A stretch of 15,079 bases of DNA, taken from NCBI GenBank assembly GCA_963736115.1, contig CAVTNR010000023.1, positions 1 to 15,079 on the forward strand, read 5' to 3'. Position numbers and translations under genes: made by a program. This document shows positions 7,967 to 15,079 of the stretch, in pieces (position 1 is the first letter of the stretch; each line of letters opens with the position of its first letter). This DNA comes from an uncultured bacterium. GTDB taxonomy: Bacteria > Zhuqueibacterota > QNDG01 > DTFT01. The notes under the pieces were generated by a model. The model saw only the letters and a program-made list of their open reading frames with translations, had not been told where the DNA came from and did no database searches.

Positions 7967-9505
7967 TTATTGGGACTGTTTTTTCATGGCCGGAATACGC
8001 TCCGCGAGCATCTGACGGACCTTGTCGCGGAGCACCCGGCCCGTGGGTCCTTTGGGCAGGGACGGAACGAAAAGAACGGAGCGCGGGCACTTGTACAGCG
8101 CGAGGCGCTCGCGGACATATTCGATGATTTCAGACTCGGCGGGAGGTTCCCCGTTCCGCGCGACGGCGCAGGCGTGGATTTCCTCCCCCTGGACGGGGTC
8201 CGGGAGGCCGATGACCACGGCTTCGAGGATGCCGGGATGGGCGGCGATGATCTTCTCGACTTCCACGGGATACACGGAGAAGCCGCTTTTCACGATGACG
8301 TTCTTCTTTCGGGTCACGATGAAACCGAAACCGCTCTCATCCAGCAGGGCCAGATCGCCGGTCCTGAGCCAGCCGTTACGGAGAACCTCCCGCGTGGCCT
8401 CGGGGCGGTTCAGATACCCTTTCATCACATTCGGGCCCTGAACGATGATTTCGCCGACCTGCCCGGGCAACACATCCCGATCGTCCTCGTCCACGATCTT
8501 CATGTCGACGCCCGGCAGGGGAAGGCCGATGGATCCGGCCCTCCGTTCGCGGGCCGTGCTGTTGAAGGAAACCATCGGCGAAGCCTCGGTGAGGCCGTAC
8601 CCTTCGAGGACCGGCACGCGCCACTTCTGCTCAAAGGCTTCCAGGGTCTCCGGACGGAGCGCATCCCCGGTGGACAGGGCGCATTTCGGCGCAACCTCCG
8701 GGCTTTCGGGCAGGGCCGCCAGCTCCGCGATCGTGGCGGGCACGCCGATAATATGCGTCAAGCGGTATTCGACGACAGCCGGCGGAACAGCCGAGGGATC
8801 GAATTTCGGCAGGAGTACGATCGAGGCACCGGCGCGGATGAATGTATTCATGACGAGCGTCTGGCCGGTGAGATGAGAAAGGGGAAAACCGCCGATCACG
8901 CCGTCTGACGGCTGGAGTTTGAGAAAATCGAAGCAGGCCTGCGCGTTCGACATGAGGTTGGCGTGCGTCAATTCCGCCCCCTTCACGTGCCCCGAGAGGC
9001 CGCCGGTATAGGCGATCAGCGCCGTGTCATCGGAACCGACTTCGGCAGTGGTTTCGAGCGGTTCGTGCTTTTCCAGCAGAGAGTTGATACGAAGTTCGCC
9101 CGCCTGCGGCTGGTCGGTGAGCACAAGCAGGTTCCGGCACCGGTCGAGCCCATGAACAGCCTGTTGCACATAGGACCGGAAACCTTCGAAGTACAGGATC
9201 GCCTTCGCCTCCGAGTCCTCGAGCCGACGGTGGATTTCATCCGCGCGGAAGGACCCCGAAAGCGTGACCAGAGTTGCGCCGATCTTCAGAGACGCGTAGT
9301 ATCCGATCGCGAAATGAGGCACATTCGGGAGCATGAGTGCAATCCGGTCTCCGGCGTCGAGACCGAGGCTTCTGAGTCCGGAAGCCAGCCGGTCCGCGGC
9401 ATCCTTGAGGGCCGCGTACGTCAGCGTGTGGTCCCGGAAGATCACAGCCGGGTTATCAGGATGCTGTGCTGCGGACTGTTCGAGAAGTTGATACAGATTA
9501 TTCAA
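7967..9505 (-). CDS. Long-chain-fatty-acid--CoA ligase-like AMP-binding enzyme (atypical motifs)
   Basis: ANL-superfamily motifs YTGGLSGHVKG, EGYGLTEASP, GEIIVQGPNVMKGY, GWLRTGDL, LPKGPTGRV. Start placed at TTG 9505 (AGGAG 8 nt upstream) rather than 9559. Confidence 0.88.
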   Translation of the reverse strand: MNNLYQLLEQSAAQHPDNPAVIFRDHTLTYAALKDAADRLASGLRSLGLDAGDRIALMLPNVPHFAIGYYASLKIGATLVTLSGSFRADEIHRRLEDSEAKAILYFEGFRSYVQQAVHGLDRCRNLLVLTDQPQAGELRINSLLEKHEPLETTAEVGSDDTALIAYTGGLSGHVKGAELTHANLMSNAQACFDFLKLQPSDGVIGGFPLSHLTGQTLVMNTFIRAGASIVLLPKFDPSAVPPAVVEYRLTHIIGVPATIAELAALPESPEVAPKCALSTGDALRPETLEAFEQKWRVPVLEGYGLTEASPMVSFNSTARERRAGSIGLPLPGVDMKIVDEDDRDVLPGQVGEIIVQGPNVMKGYLNRPEATREVLRNGWLRTGDLALLDESGFGFIVTRKKNVIVKSGFSVYPVEVEKIIAAHPGILEAVVIGLPDPVQGEEIHACAVARNGEPPAESEIIEYVRERLALYKCPRSVLFVPSLPKGPTGRVLRDKVRQMLAERIPAMKKQSQ

Positions 9506-9615
9506 AAAAATTTCTCCTGGATCTTTCAGGACATGCGGTTTTTTTCGCTGTGAGGACAAATTCGTTCGCCGTCAGATTCCCGCCGGGATCAGATCCGGAA
9601 TGGGATCGAAAGCGG

Positions 9616-10503
9616 TTACCGGCTGGCGGCCGCCTGATCGGCGTGATAGGAACTCCGCACCTGCGGTCCAGAGACAACGATCGGTATTCCGGCGGCTTTC
9701 GCCGCGGCCGCCATCCGGTCGAATCGCTCAGGCGTGACATACTCGGCGACCGGCAGACTGTAAAGGTCCGGCCGAAGGTACTGCCCCAGGGACACGATGT
9801 CGCACCCGGCATCGGCCAGTCTCCGGAGGGTCTCCCCGACCTCGTTTTCGGTTTCCCCCAGGCCCAGCATCAGACCGGATTTGACCCGCACCCCGGATCC
9901 CGCTTCCCGGGCGGACCGGAGAAGCCGGAGCGAGCGTTCAAAATCAGCGCCGGGACGCGCTTCCGGGTAGAGCCGGGGAACGGTCTCCACGTTGTGGGCC
10001 AGCACGTCCACGCCGGATCCGAGTACGCGTTCAAGGCTTTTCCCGTTTCCGCCGAAATCGGGAACCAGGACCTCAACAGCCGAGCCCGGGCATTCGCGAC
10101 GGACCGCGGCTGTCACTGCCGCAAACAGGGCTGCGCCTCCGTCTGCGAGATCGTCCCGGGTTACGGAAGTGACGACGACATGCCGCAATCCGAGTCTGCG
10201 GACAGCCGTTGCGACCCGCTCCGGTTCATCCGGATCCGGCGGAATGGGAATTCCCTTGCCGACGCCGCAGAAACGGCAACGGCGCGTGCAACGGTCTCCT
10301 AGAATGAGGAATGTGGCAGTGGATCGGTCGAAACATTCAGGCAGGTTGGGACAGCCGGCGGATTGGCAAACGGTGTGGAGATTGAGCTCCCGCATAAGCC
10401 GTTTGACGGCGCGCATCCGTTCGTTTTCCGAAGGCCTCCGCAGGAACCACGGAGGCAGTCGTTGAGGGCAAACCGGTGGGTCTCCGGCGCGGGTTGTTTC
10501 CAT
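9616..10503 (-). CDS. lipA: Lipoyl synthase
   Basis: CX4CX5C (CQSAGCPNLPEC), radical-SAM CX3CX2C (CTRRCRFC), HNVETV, KSGLMLGLGE, GQYLRP, C-terminal RSSY. Confidence 0.97.
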   Translation of the reverse strand: METTRAGDPPVCPQRLPPWFLRRPSENERMRAVKRLMRELNLHTVCQSAGCPNLPECFDRSTATFLILGDRCTRRCRFCGVGKGIPIPPDPDEPERVATAVRRLGLRHVVVTSVTRDDLADGGAALFAAVTAAVRRECPGSAVEVLVPDFGGNGKSLERVLGSGVDVLAHNVETVPRLYPEARPGADFERSLRLLRSAREAGSGVRVKSGLMLGLGETENEVGETLRRLADAGCDIVSLGQYLRPDLYSLPVAEYVTPERFDRMAAAAKAAGIPIVVSGPQVRSSYHADQAAASR

Positions 10504-10511
10504 AGTCTTGT

Positions 10512-10540
10512 ATTTTAAGAAATAATTTGCCTCAAATCAA
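10512..10540 (-). promoter_or_regulatory. Putative sigma70 promoter of lipA
   Basis: Minus strand TTGATT (10540-10535), 17-nt spacer, TAAAAT (10517-10512) in an AT-rich island; ATG 8 nt downstream of the -10. Confidence 0.6.
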
Positions 10541-10640
10541 CAGAAAAGAACCGGGCCGGAACGGGTTATCGCCTTCCGCCTCAGTCTGAGTCCGGGTCAG
10601 GACTTGTCGGATCTGTTTGCGGATCAGCTTCATTCCCGAT

Positions 10641-11558
10641 TTACGGGGATGCCCGTTGAAGGCGGGAAATCCTTTCGTACAGGGTCTGTATCCAGGGCTC
10701 ACCGGATTCCGCGTCGGGAAGATCCTGAACGCCCGCGATCAGGCTGTCCAGACGGAAGGCGAGAAAAACGCTATGATAAGCCGAATGCGCGGCCAAACCC
10801 TCCTGTCCGGGCAGATGCGAGGGGAAAAGCCGTCCCGTCATGGAATGAAAGGTTCGGAGTTCTTCAAAACCACGACGGGCGTCGGCAACCGAGTCGAAAA
10901 TCACGACAAAACACGTGACCTCGGACCCGTTCAGGCTGTACCGCGCTTCCAGTCCGCCCGGCAGAAAGCCCTGATTGAGCATCTCGCGCCGAACATACCG
11001 GAGCGTATGGGGGACCTGCTGTTCGCCGGGCAGGGTTTCGAGCAGAGGCGGTATTTTTCCGGTGCTTCGGATCCGTCTTGCAGTTTCACGGGCCACGATG
11101 AGCGCCGCCCTGCGGCATTTCTCGGAAAAGTCACCCAGCTTGATGTCCACCAGAAAGCGGCCCTTGTAGAATTTCATGCCGTAATCATGTACGAATCCCT
11201 CATCGCCGATTTCTTCAAACCGGTAATCGGGATGACGCAGATTTGAGTAGACGCCGAAGGCGTTGAGCGCCGATCCCATGTCGTAGATATCAACGACGAA
11301 AAACGTGTCCGAGGGGCTTCCCCAGTAGTACAGGAGCGTGCCGAGTTCTTTGATTCCATAACCGATGTACAGGTCGGCTTCCCCGTCAATCGCCTCGTAG
11401 AGATTCTCAGGCGTAAAATGCCTGGGTCGGCCGTCCCACTTCCACCCTTTTTCGAAACCCGGGGACGGAAACAGCCGGTCGAGCCCTTTCCTTCCGGAGC
11501 AGCAGGAAGTGAAGGCGAAGGCTGCCGCGGCAAATAGAATCAGGGGTGCGTTCTTCAT
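10641..11558 (-). CDS. DUF6599-like putative lipoprotein
   Basis: Signal MKNAPLILFAAAAFAFTS-C; segment NLYEAIDGEADLYIGYG...VDIYDMGSALNAFGVYS recognised as DUF6599-like; AAAGGT upstream of ATG 11558. Confidence 0.7.
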   Translation of the reverse strand: MKNAPLILFAAAAFAFTSCCSGRKGLDRLFPSPGFEKGWKWDGRPRHFTPENLYEAIDGEADLYIGYGIKELGTLLYYWGSPSDTFFVVDIYDMGSALNAFGVYSNLRHPDYRFEEIGDEGFVHDYGMKFYKGRFLVDIKLGDFSEKCRRAALIVARETARRIRSTGKIPPLLETLPGEQQVPHTLRYVRREMLNQGFLPGGLEARYSLNGSEVTCFVVIFDSVADARRGFEELRTFHSMTGRLFPSHLPGQEGLAAHSAYHSVFLAFRLDSLIAGVQDLPDAESGEPWIQTLYERISRLQRASP

Positions 11559-11570
11559 ACCCGACACCTT

Positions 11571-12515
11571 TCAGCGGACCGCAATGCGCGAACGGGCCAT
11601 CTGGCCCCGGCAGCGCAGGTTCCAGGCTTTACGGACGGCCGACTGCTTGTCGGTCAGTCCGGTAAGCCGGTTCAGCGACTCGACCGAACGTTCCAATTCC
11701 TCTGCGGCCCTGCGGATTTCAAGCCGTAATAGCGGTTGCCGGCCGGCGGACCGAGTGGCTTTGTTCTTCTCGAAACGCGTGAATACGGTGGCCAGACGGT
11801 TGCTCCGGGTCATGGAGTGGATCATCTCCGACTGGAATCCGCCGCGCTCCTCCTCCGGAAACGAGCTGAGAAGCGCATCCGTCTCTTTCAGTCCCTCGAG
11901 AACTTCGTCGTAACGGGCCCGCCCGAAATCCCGTTCCGCGGAAACGATGCGGTTTTCGTATCTGGACAGAAGAGCAGCGAAGCGCTGCGCCGCATCCCCG
12001 CGGGCGGAATCGGGTTCGTGCCCGGCCGGACCGGCCGAAACAGACGAGTCCGGAACGGCCCCACCGGAAACGAGGGCAGGGGCTCCGGAGGAATCGGCCG
12101 ACGCGCGTGCTGCGATGAGTCCGCTAACCTCTTCGGGGTTCACCTCCCCTTCGACGGTGCAGGTCAGTGTACGGCCCTCCTCCTTTTGATCCGTCACCCG
12201 GAGATTCCGGACGTATCCGGCCGCGACGGACCGGATGAGATCCTGCCGGAGAACGCTGTTCTCCACGGTGGATACGGATTCGAGGAAAAGATAGTAGGAT
12301 TCGACGGCGTCCCGGACGGCCAGTTCCTTGCAGGTCTGGCGCGCATCCACCAGGCTTTCACGGTCGCCGTAGGTGTAGGTATAGGTGCCGCGGATGAGTT
12401 CCGCGCCGGAGGCCGGGAAGGCCGCCGAATCGGATGCCGTTCCGGGAGCCGGGCAGGACGCGGAAGACGCGCCGAACGCCAGCGCGACGATTCCCAGGAT
12501 CAGTAACCGTTTCAT
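11571..12515 (-). CDS. Exported hypothetical protein with FlgT-N/LPP20-like N-terminal domain, low-complexity linker and helical C-terminus
   Basis: GGAGGGG RBS; signal MKRLLILGIVALAFGASSA; GTYTYTYGDRESLVDARQTCKELAVRDAVE resembles the FlgT-N/LPP20 strand-helix pattern (tentative); Ser/Ala/Pro linker. Confidence 0.6.
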   Translation of the reverse strand: MKRLLILGIVALAFGASSASCPAPGTASDSAAFPASGAELIRGTYTYTYGDRESLVDARQTCKELAVRDAVESYYLFLESVSTVENSVLRQDLIRSVAAGYVRNLRVTDQKEEGRTLTCTVEGEVNPEEVSGLIAARASADSSGAPALVSGGAVPDSSVSAGPAGHEPDSARGDAAQRFAALLSRYENRIVSAERDFGRARYDEVLEGLKETDALLSSFPEEERGGFQSEMIHSMTRSNRLATVFTRFEKNKATRSAGRQPLLRLEIRRAAEELERSVESLNRLTGLTDKQSAVRKAWNLRCRGQMARSRIAVR

Positions 12516-12543
12516 TGATGAGTCCCCTCCTTTTTCCAAAAGT

Positions 12544-12731
12544 TTGAAGCTCCCCGCGGCCCGGTACGCGGGATCAAGCTATTGTATTTTTGAATTATTG
12601 AAGACGAGCCGCGGGAATCTTCTATCTGGAGTGAAGAAAATATATTATATTCGCTCGCTTACCCCGCCGCCTGCCTTCATTACCCTGATAAACAGTAATA
12701 GCTTGGTCCAGCTTCGCTGGATGGCGGGGAG
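12544..12731 (-). mobile_element. Non-autonomous palindromic element, copy 2 (with loop insertions)
   Basis: TTGAAGCTCCCCGC (12544-12557) identical to 1519-1532; GCGGGAATCTTCTATCT (12611-12627) matches 1541-1558 with one G fewer; 12647-12667 matches 1575-1595 at 20/21. Confidence 0.65.
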
Positions 12732-12742
12732 ATCCGGAAACC

Positions 12743-13192
12743 TCAGGTGCCGCGCATCCACGCCGCCATCGACTCAGGCTCGATCCGAAAAACACTGCCC
12801 GCCCCGCCGAAAAACCCGTGCTTCCGGATCAGATGAACGGACAAACTGGAAAAAAGAATCGTCTCGCCGGACCACTTCCGAACCGCCTCGACGGTGATTT
12901 TCGGTTGAAGCTTCTTCTCACCGAACGGGCAGGGAACCAGTCCCCTCGCCCAGTCCAGCCGGACAATCCAATCCCCTGCGTCCACGGGTCCTTCCAGCCC
13001 TTTCCTGGCCGCTTCGATCAGCGACTGCAGGGTGTCCGCCACGGCCTCCGCCGTCTGTTCCAGCCGCTTCAGAGTTTCGCCGTCCTGACGGACAATCTCC
13101 GCCACGGTGCGCCGGTCCGTGCCGAGAAAACCGTCCCTGGAAATCTGGCCGGGGCGAAAAAACCGGTCGGGGTCTTCCGATTTCATATCCAT
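12743..13192 (-). CDS. Conserved hypothetical protein
   Basis: Likely start ATG 13192 or 13186 (the longer ORF overlaps the upstream gene); globular-looking sequence with PGQISRDGFLG, RGLVPCPF, HLIRKHGFFGG motifs. Confidence 0.75.
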   Translation of the reverse strand: MDMKSEDPDRFFRPGQISRDGFLGTDRRTVAEIVRQDGETLKRLEQTAEAVADTLQSLIEAARKGLEGPVDAGDWIVRLDWARGLVPCPFGEKKLQPKITVEAVRKWSGETILFSSLSVHLIRKHGFFGGAGSVFRIEPESMAAWMRGT

Positions 13193-13230
13193 CCCATGAA
13201 TGTTCCTGTTCCAGCCGGGAAACACCCGGA

Positions 13231-14220
13231 TCAGGAGAAAGGATCGAAATAAACGCTGTCTCCAGCGGCTCCGAAATCCCGAAGCACCTTCTGGCAGGCC
13301 TGAATCATTCCGGGGCTTCCGCAGAGATACGCGTCCAGGCCATCCGTTCCGCCGCGGTTTTTCAGCCATTCGGCCAGGGGAACGGTGACGAGACCGGTCT
13401 GGCCTTCCCAGTTATCGCAGGACTCAGGCTGGGAGACGACGGGAATGAAGCGGAATCCGGGAAGCTTTTCCCGGAGTGCGTCCATTTCCTCGAGATAATA
13501 AAGATCGCGCCTGCAGACCGCGCCGAAGAAATAGGTCACTTTCCGGCGGTCGCCTTCGGCGGCCATATCCCCGAGAATCGAAGCGAACGGACCCATGCCC
13601 GATCCACCGGCTACAAATACGGCCTCCGCCTCGCCTTCGCGCAGGAAAAAATCGCCCATGGGCCCGGCCAGGGTCACGCGGTCCCTGACCTGGAGATGAT
13701 CATGCACCCAGGTGGTGCAGATCCCGTTCTGCACGCGGCGGATGATCAGGTCCAGCATTCCCGGGTGGTCCGGGGTAGAGGCGATCGAATAGGACCTCCA
13801 GACGGTCCCCTCCACGCCGGGATAGGGTTTCGACTGGATCTGTATGTACTGCCCTGCCTTGAATTCCATTTCCCTCGGTTGAAGAAGCCTCAACCGGATC
13901 CGTTTAATGTCATGCGTCAGGGGCGTCATCTCCGACACTTCGGACGCAAAGGCGCGGTACGACAGGAGGGCTTCCGGAATCTCGATTTCCAGGTCCGAGA
14001 GGACCGGTATCCGGCATGCCAGCCGGATTCCCGCCGAGAGTTCCGCGGGTTTGATTCTCTGGATTTCCGCGGGCGTCGGATCGACCGGAGCTCCGGACCG
14101 AATGGTGCATCTGCAGAATCCGCAGATGCCGCGGCCGCCGCAGGCCGATGGCAGAAAAATGCCGTCCGCCCGGAGGGCTTCAAGAAGTGAAACACCGGAA
14201 ACGGACTGAATCGTCCGCAC
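13231..14220 (-). CDS. 2Fe-2S ferredoxin / FAD / NAD(P)-binding oxidoreductase (NqrF/phenol-hydroxylase-reductase-like); true start unresolved, upstream of 14220
   Basis: CGGRGICGFC...RLAC (2Fe-2S), RSYSIAS (FAD), AGGSGMGP (NAD), YLCGSPGM, terminal FDPFS. The ferredoxin first strand DVRIRVNG (from 14244) lies upstream of the called GTG. Confidence 0.9.
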   Translation of the reverse strand: MRTIQSVSGVSLLEALRADGIFLPSACGGRGICGFCRCTIRSGAPVDPTPAEIQRIKPAELSAGIRLACRIPVLSDLEIEIPEALLSYRAFASEVSEMTPLTHDIKRIRLRLLQPREMEFKAGQYIQIQSKPYPGVEGTVWRSYSIASTPDHPGMLDLIIRRVQNGICTTWVHDHLQVRDRVTLAGPMGDFFLREGEAEAVFVAGGSGMGPFASILGDMAAEGDRRKVTYFFGAVCRRDLYYLEEMDALREKLPGFRFIPVVSQPESCDNWEGQTGLVTVPLAEWLKNRGGTDGLDAYLCGSPGMIQACQKVLRDFGAAGDSVYFDPFS

Positions 14221-14352
14221 CCCGTTGACCCGGATCCGGACGTCCGATTTTTGCTCGGATCCGTCCCGGTCCGCCGGGTCCGGTTCGGTGCCTGGACATC
14301 CGGTCGGGTCATGTCCGGGGCTTCCCCCGATCCTTCCCAGAACACCGTCTCC

Positions 14353-14880
14353 TCATGCGGGAGCCGCGTTCTCGGCGCCTTTTCCTTGGCAAGGGCGGTT
14401 TTCGTCCAGAAGTTCCTCGCTTCCGGGGTATCCCACGATGATCAGGGCGAAAATCCTGTAATCCGGCGGGATGCCCAGCGTGATTTTTGCTTTCTCCTCA
14501 TCGAATCCGGCGATGGGATGCCCGATGAGCCCCTCCGCGACGCACTGGAGAATGAAATTTTCCATGGATAGGCCCAAGTCCAGGCTGGCGTAATCACGCC
14601 CCGTGATGCGGCATCCGAGATCGCTCCGTGTTACGGCGGCCGCGATCAGGGGCGCGTGAACCGCCCAGTTGTTCCCCGGATTCAGGCAGTCCCGTACCGC
14701 GGCAAGCGACGGGCCCCGGCACACGACATAGCGCCAGGACTGACGGTTCGCGCAGGACGGCGCCCATCGGGCGGCCTCCAGAATGGACGAGATTTTCTCG
14801 TCCTCCACGGGACGCCCGGGATCAAAGGCCCGGGCGCTGCGGCGTTCGGAGATCAGGGGATGCGCTGGGGTTTCGGGCAT
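14353..14880 (-). CDS. Nitroreductase-family protein (C-terminus apparently frameshifted)
   Basis: ATG 14880 with AGGA RBS; ERRSARAF, EAARWAPSCANRQSWRY, DLGLSMENFILQ, HPIAGFD, IIVGYPG. The family-like tail EKAPRTRLPHEETVFWEG is in a different frame from ~14393. Confidence 0.9.
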   Translation of the reverse strand: MPETPAHPLISERRSARAFDPGRPVEDEKISSILEAARWAPSCANRQSWRYVVCRGPSLAAVRDCLNPGNNWAVHAPLIAAAVTRSDLGCRITGRDYASLDLGLSMENFILQCVAEGLIGHPIAGFDEEKAKITLGIPPDYRIFALIIVGYPGSEELLDENRPCQGKGAENAAPA

Positions 14881-14909
14881 TGACGATTTTCCTGTGATGT
14901 CAATATAAT
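14880..14909 (+). promoter_or_regulatory. Putative divergent sigma70 promoter overlapping an inverted repeat
   Basis: TTGACG (14880-14885), 18-nt spacer, TATAAT (14904-14909); ATTGAC-N14-GTCAAT dyad (14879-14904). Confidence 0.5.
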
Positions 14910-15079
14910 TTCGGATCAACGATTAACGATCGCCAATCGATGCCCGAAAACCGTTGAGCCGAATGTTGATTTTCGATCCGTAATCCGAGTTCAAAAACCG
15001 ATCAACTGAAAACCTGTTCAGTAAAAGGTTCGGACGGAATCAGATAAAAAGTGTCTTAGAGGCGCCGAGCGTCTCGTGG

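Noticed and set aside
1519-12731. The two palindromic elements as ends of one composite transposon or island enclosing 1638-12543
   Set aside because: The cargo is housekeeping (lipA, EF-G, aroF, ppi), there is no transposase or integrase and no obvious compositional shift. Independent insertions are simpler.
13231-14220. Assigning the symbol nqrF
   Set aside because: No N-terminal membrane anchor and no nqrA-E neighbours; only the domain architecture is shared.
14316-14355. Selenocysteine readthrough of the TGA at 14353-14355, with a small hairpin (CGGGG-GAAG-CCCCG) whose loop is ~28 nt downstream
   Set aside because: The TGA does not correspond to a conserved Cys position, and the family-like nitroreductase tail is in another frame, so a frameshift explains it better.
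1-14897. Many long plus-strand ORFs (e.g. 3073-4089, 5774-7180, 7751-8908) and alternative-frame minus ORFs (e.g. 1036-1881, 7170-8090)
   Set aside because: They fully overlap well-supported minus-strand genes, lack recognisable motifs, and are the expected antisense or shifted shadows in GC-rich coding DNA.
1-15079. CRISPR array, tRNA, rRNA, defence or phage genes
   Set aside because: No regularly spaced repeats, cloverleaf or rRNA signatures, or recognisable defence/phage proteins were seen by eye.

Overview
GC-rich bacterial DNA carrying 17 co-oriented minus-strand genes, mostly housekeeping, envelope or redox. In transcription order (right to left): nitroreductase, NqrF-like 2Fe-2S/FAD/NAD(P) oxidoreductase, conserved hypothetical, exported FlgT-N/LPP20-like protein, DUF6599-like lipoprotein, lipA, an atypical long-chain acyl-CoA ligase, an EF-G paralog (EF-G2 type), a HIT hydrolase, cyclophilin, flavin reductase, DAHP synthase, TlpA-type thioredoxin, CoA-binding protein, DMT (DUF486-type) protein, a predicted outer-membrane beta-barrel and a CsgG/HfaB-family lipoprotein. 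Four things are not explained by the genes. (1) Bases 4-32 resemble an Oxford Nanopore ligation adapter, so this is probably a read end and the first gene's stop is likely an artefact. (2) There are two copies of a small non-coding double-hairpin element with an IS200/IS605-like right end (1519-1637, 12544-12731); in the second copy both hairpin loops carry mutually inverted ~50-nt inserts. (3) The nitroreductase/oxidoreductase junction is frame-disrupted and may hide a gene fusion. (4) Catalytic motifs are substituted in the acyl-CoA ligase and EF-G paralog, which are tightly coupled to a HIT gene. No rRNA, tRNA, CRISPR array or transposase was seen. All family calls come from motif recognition by eye, not database searches.
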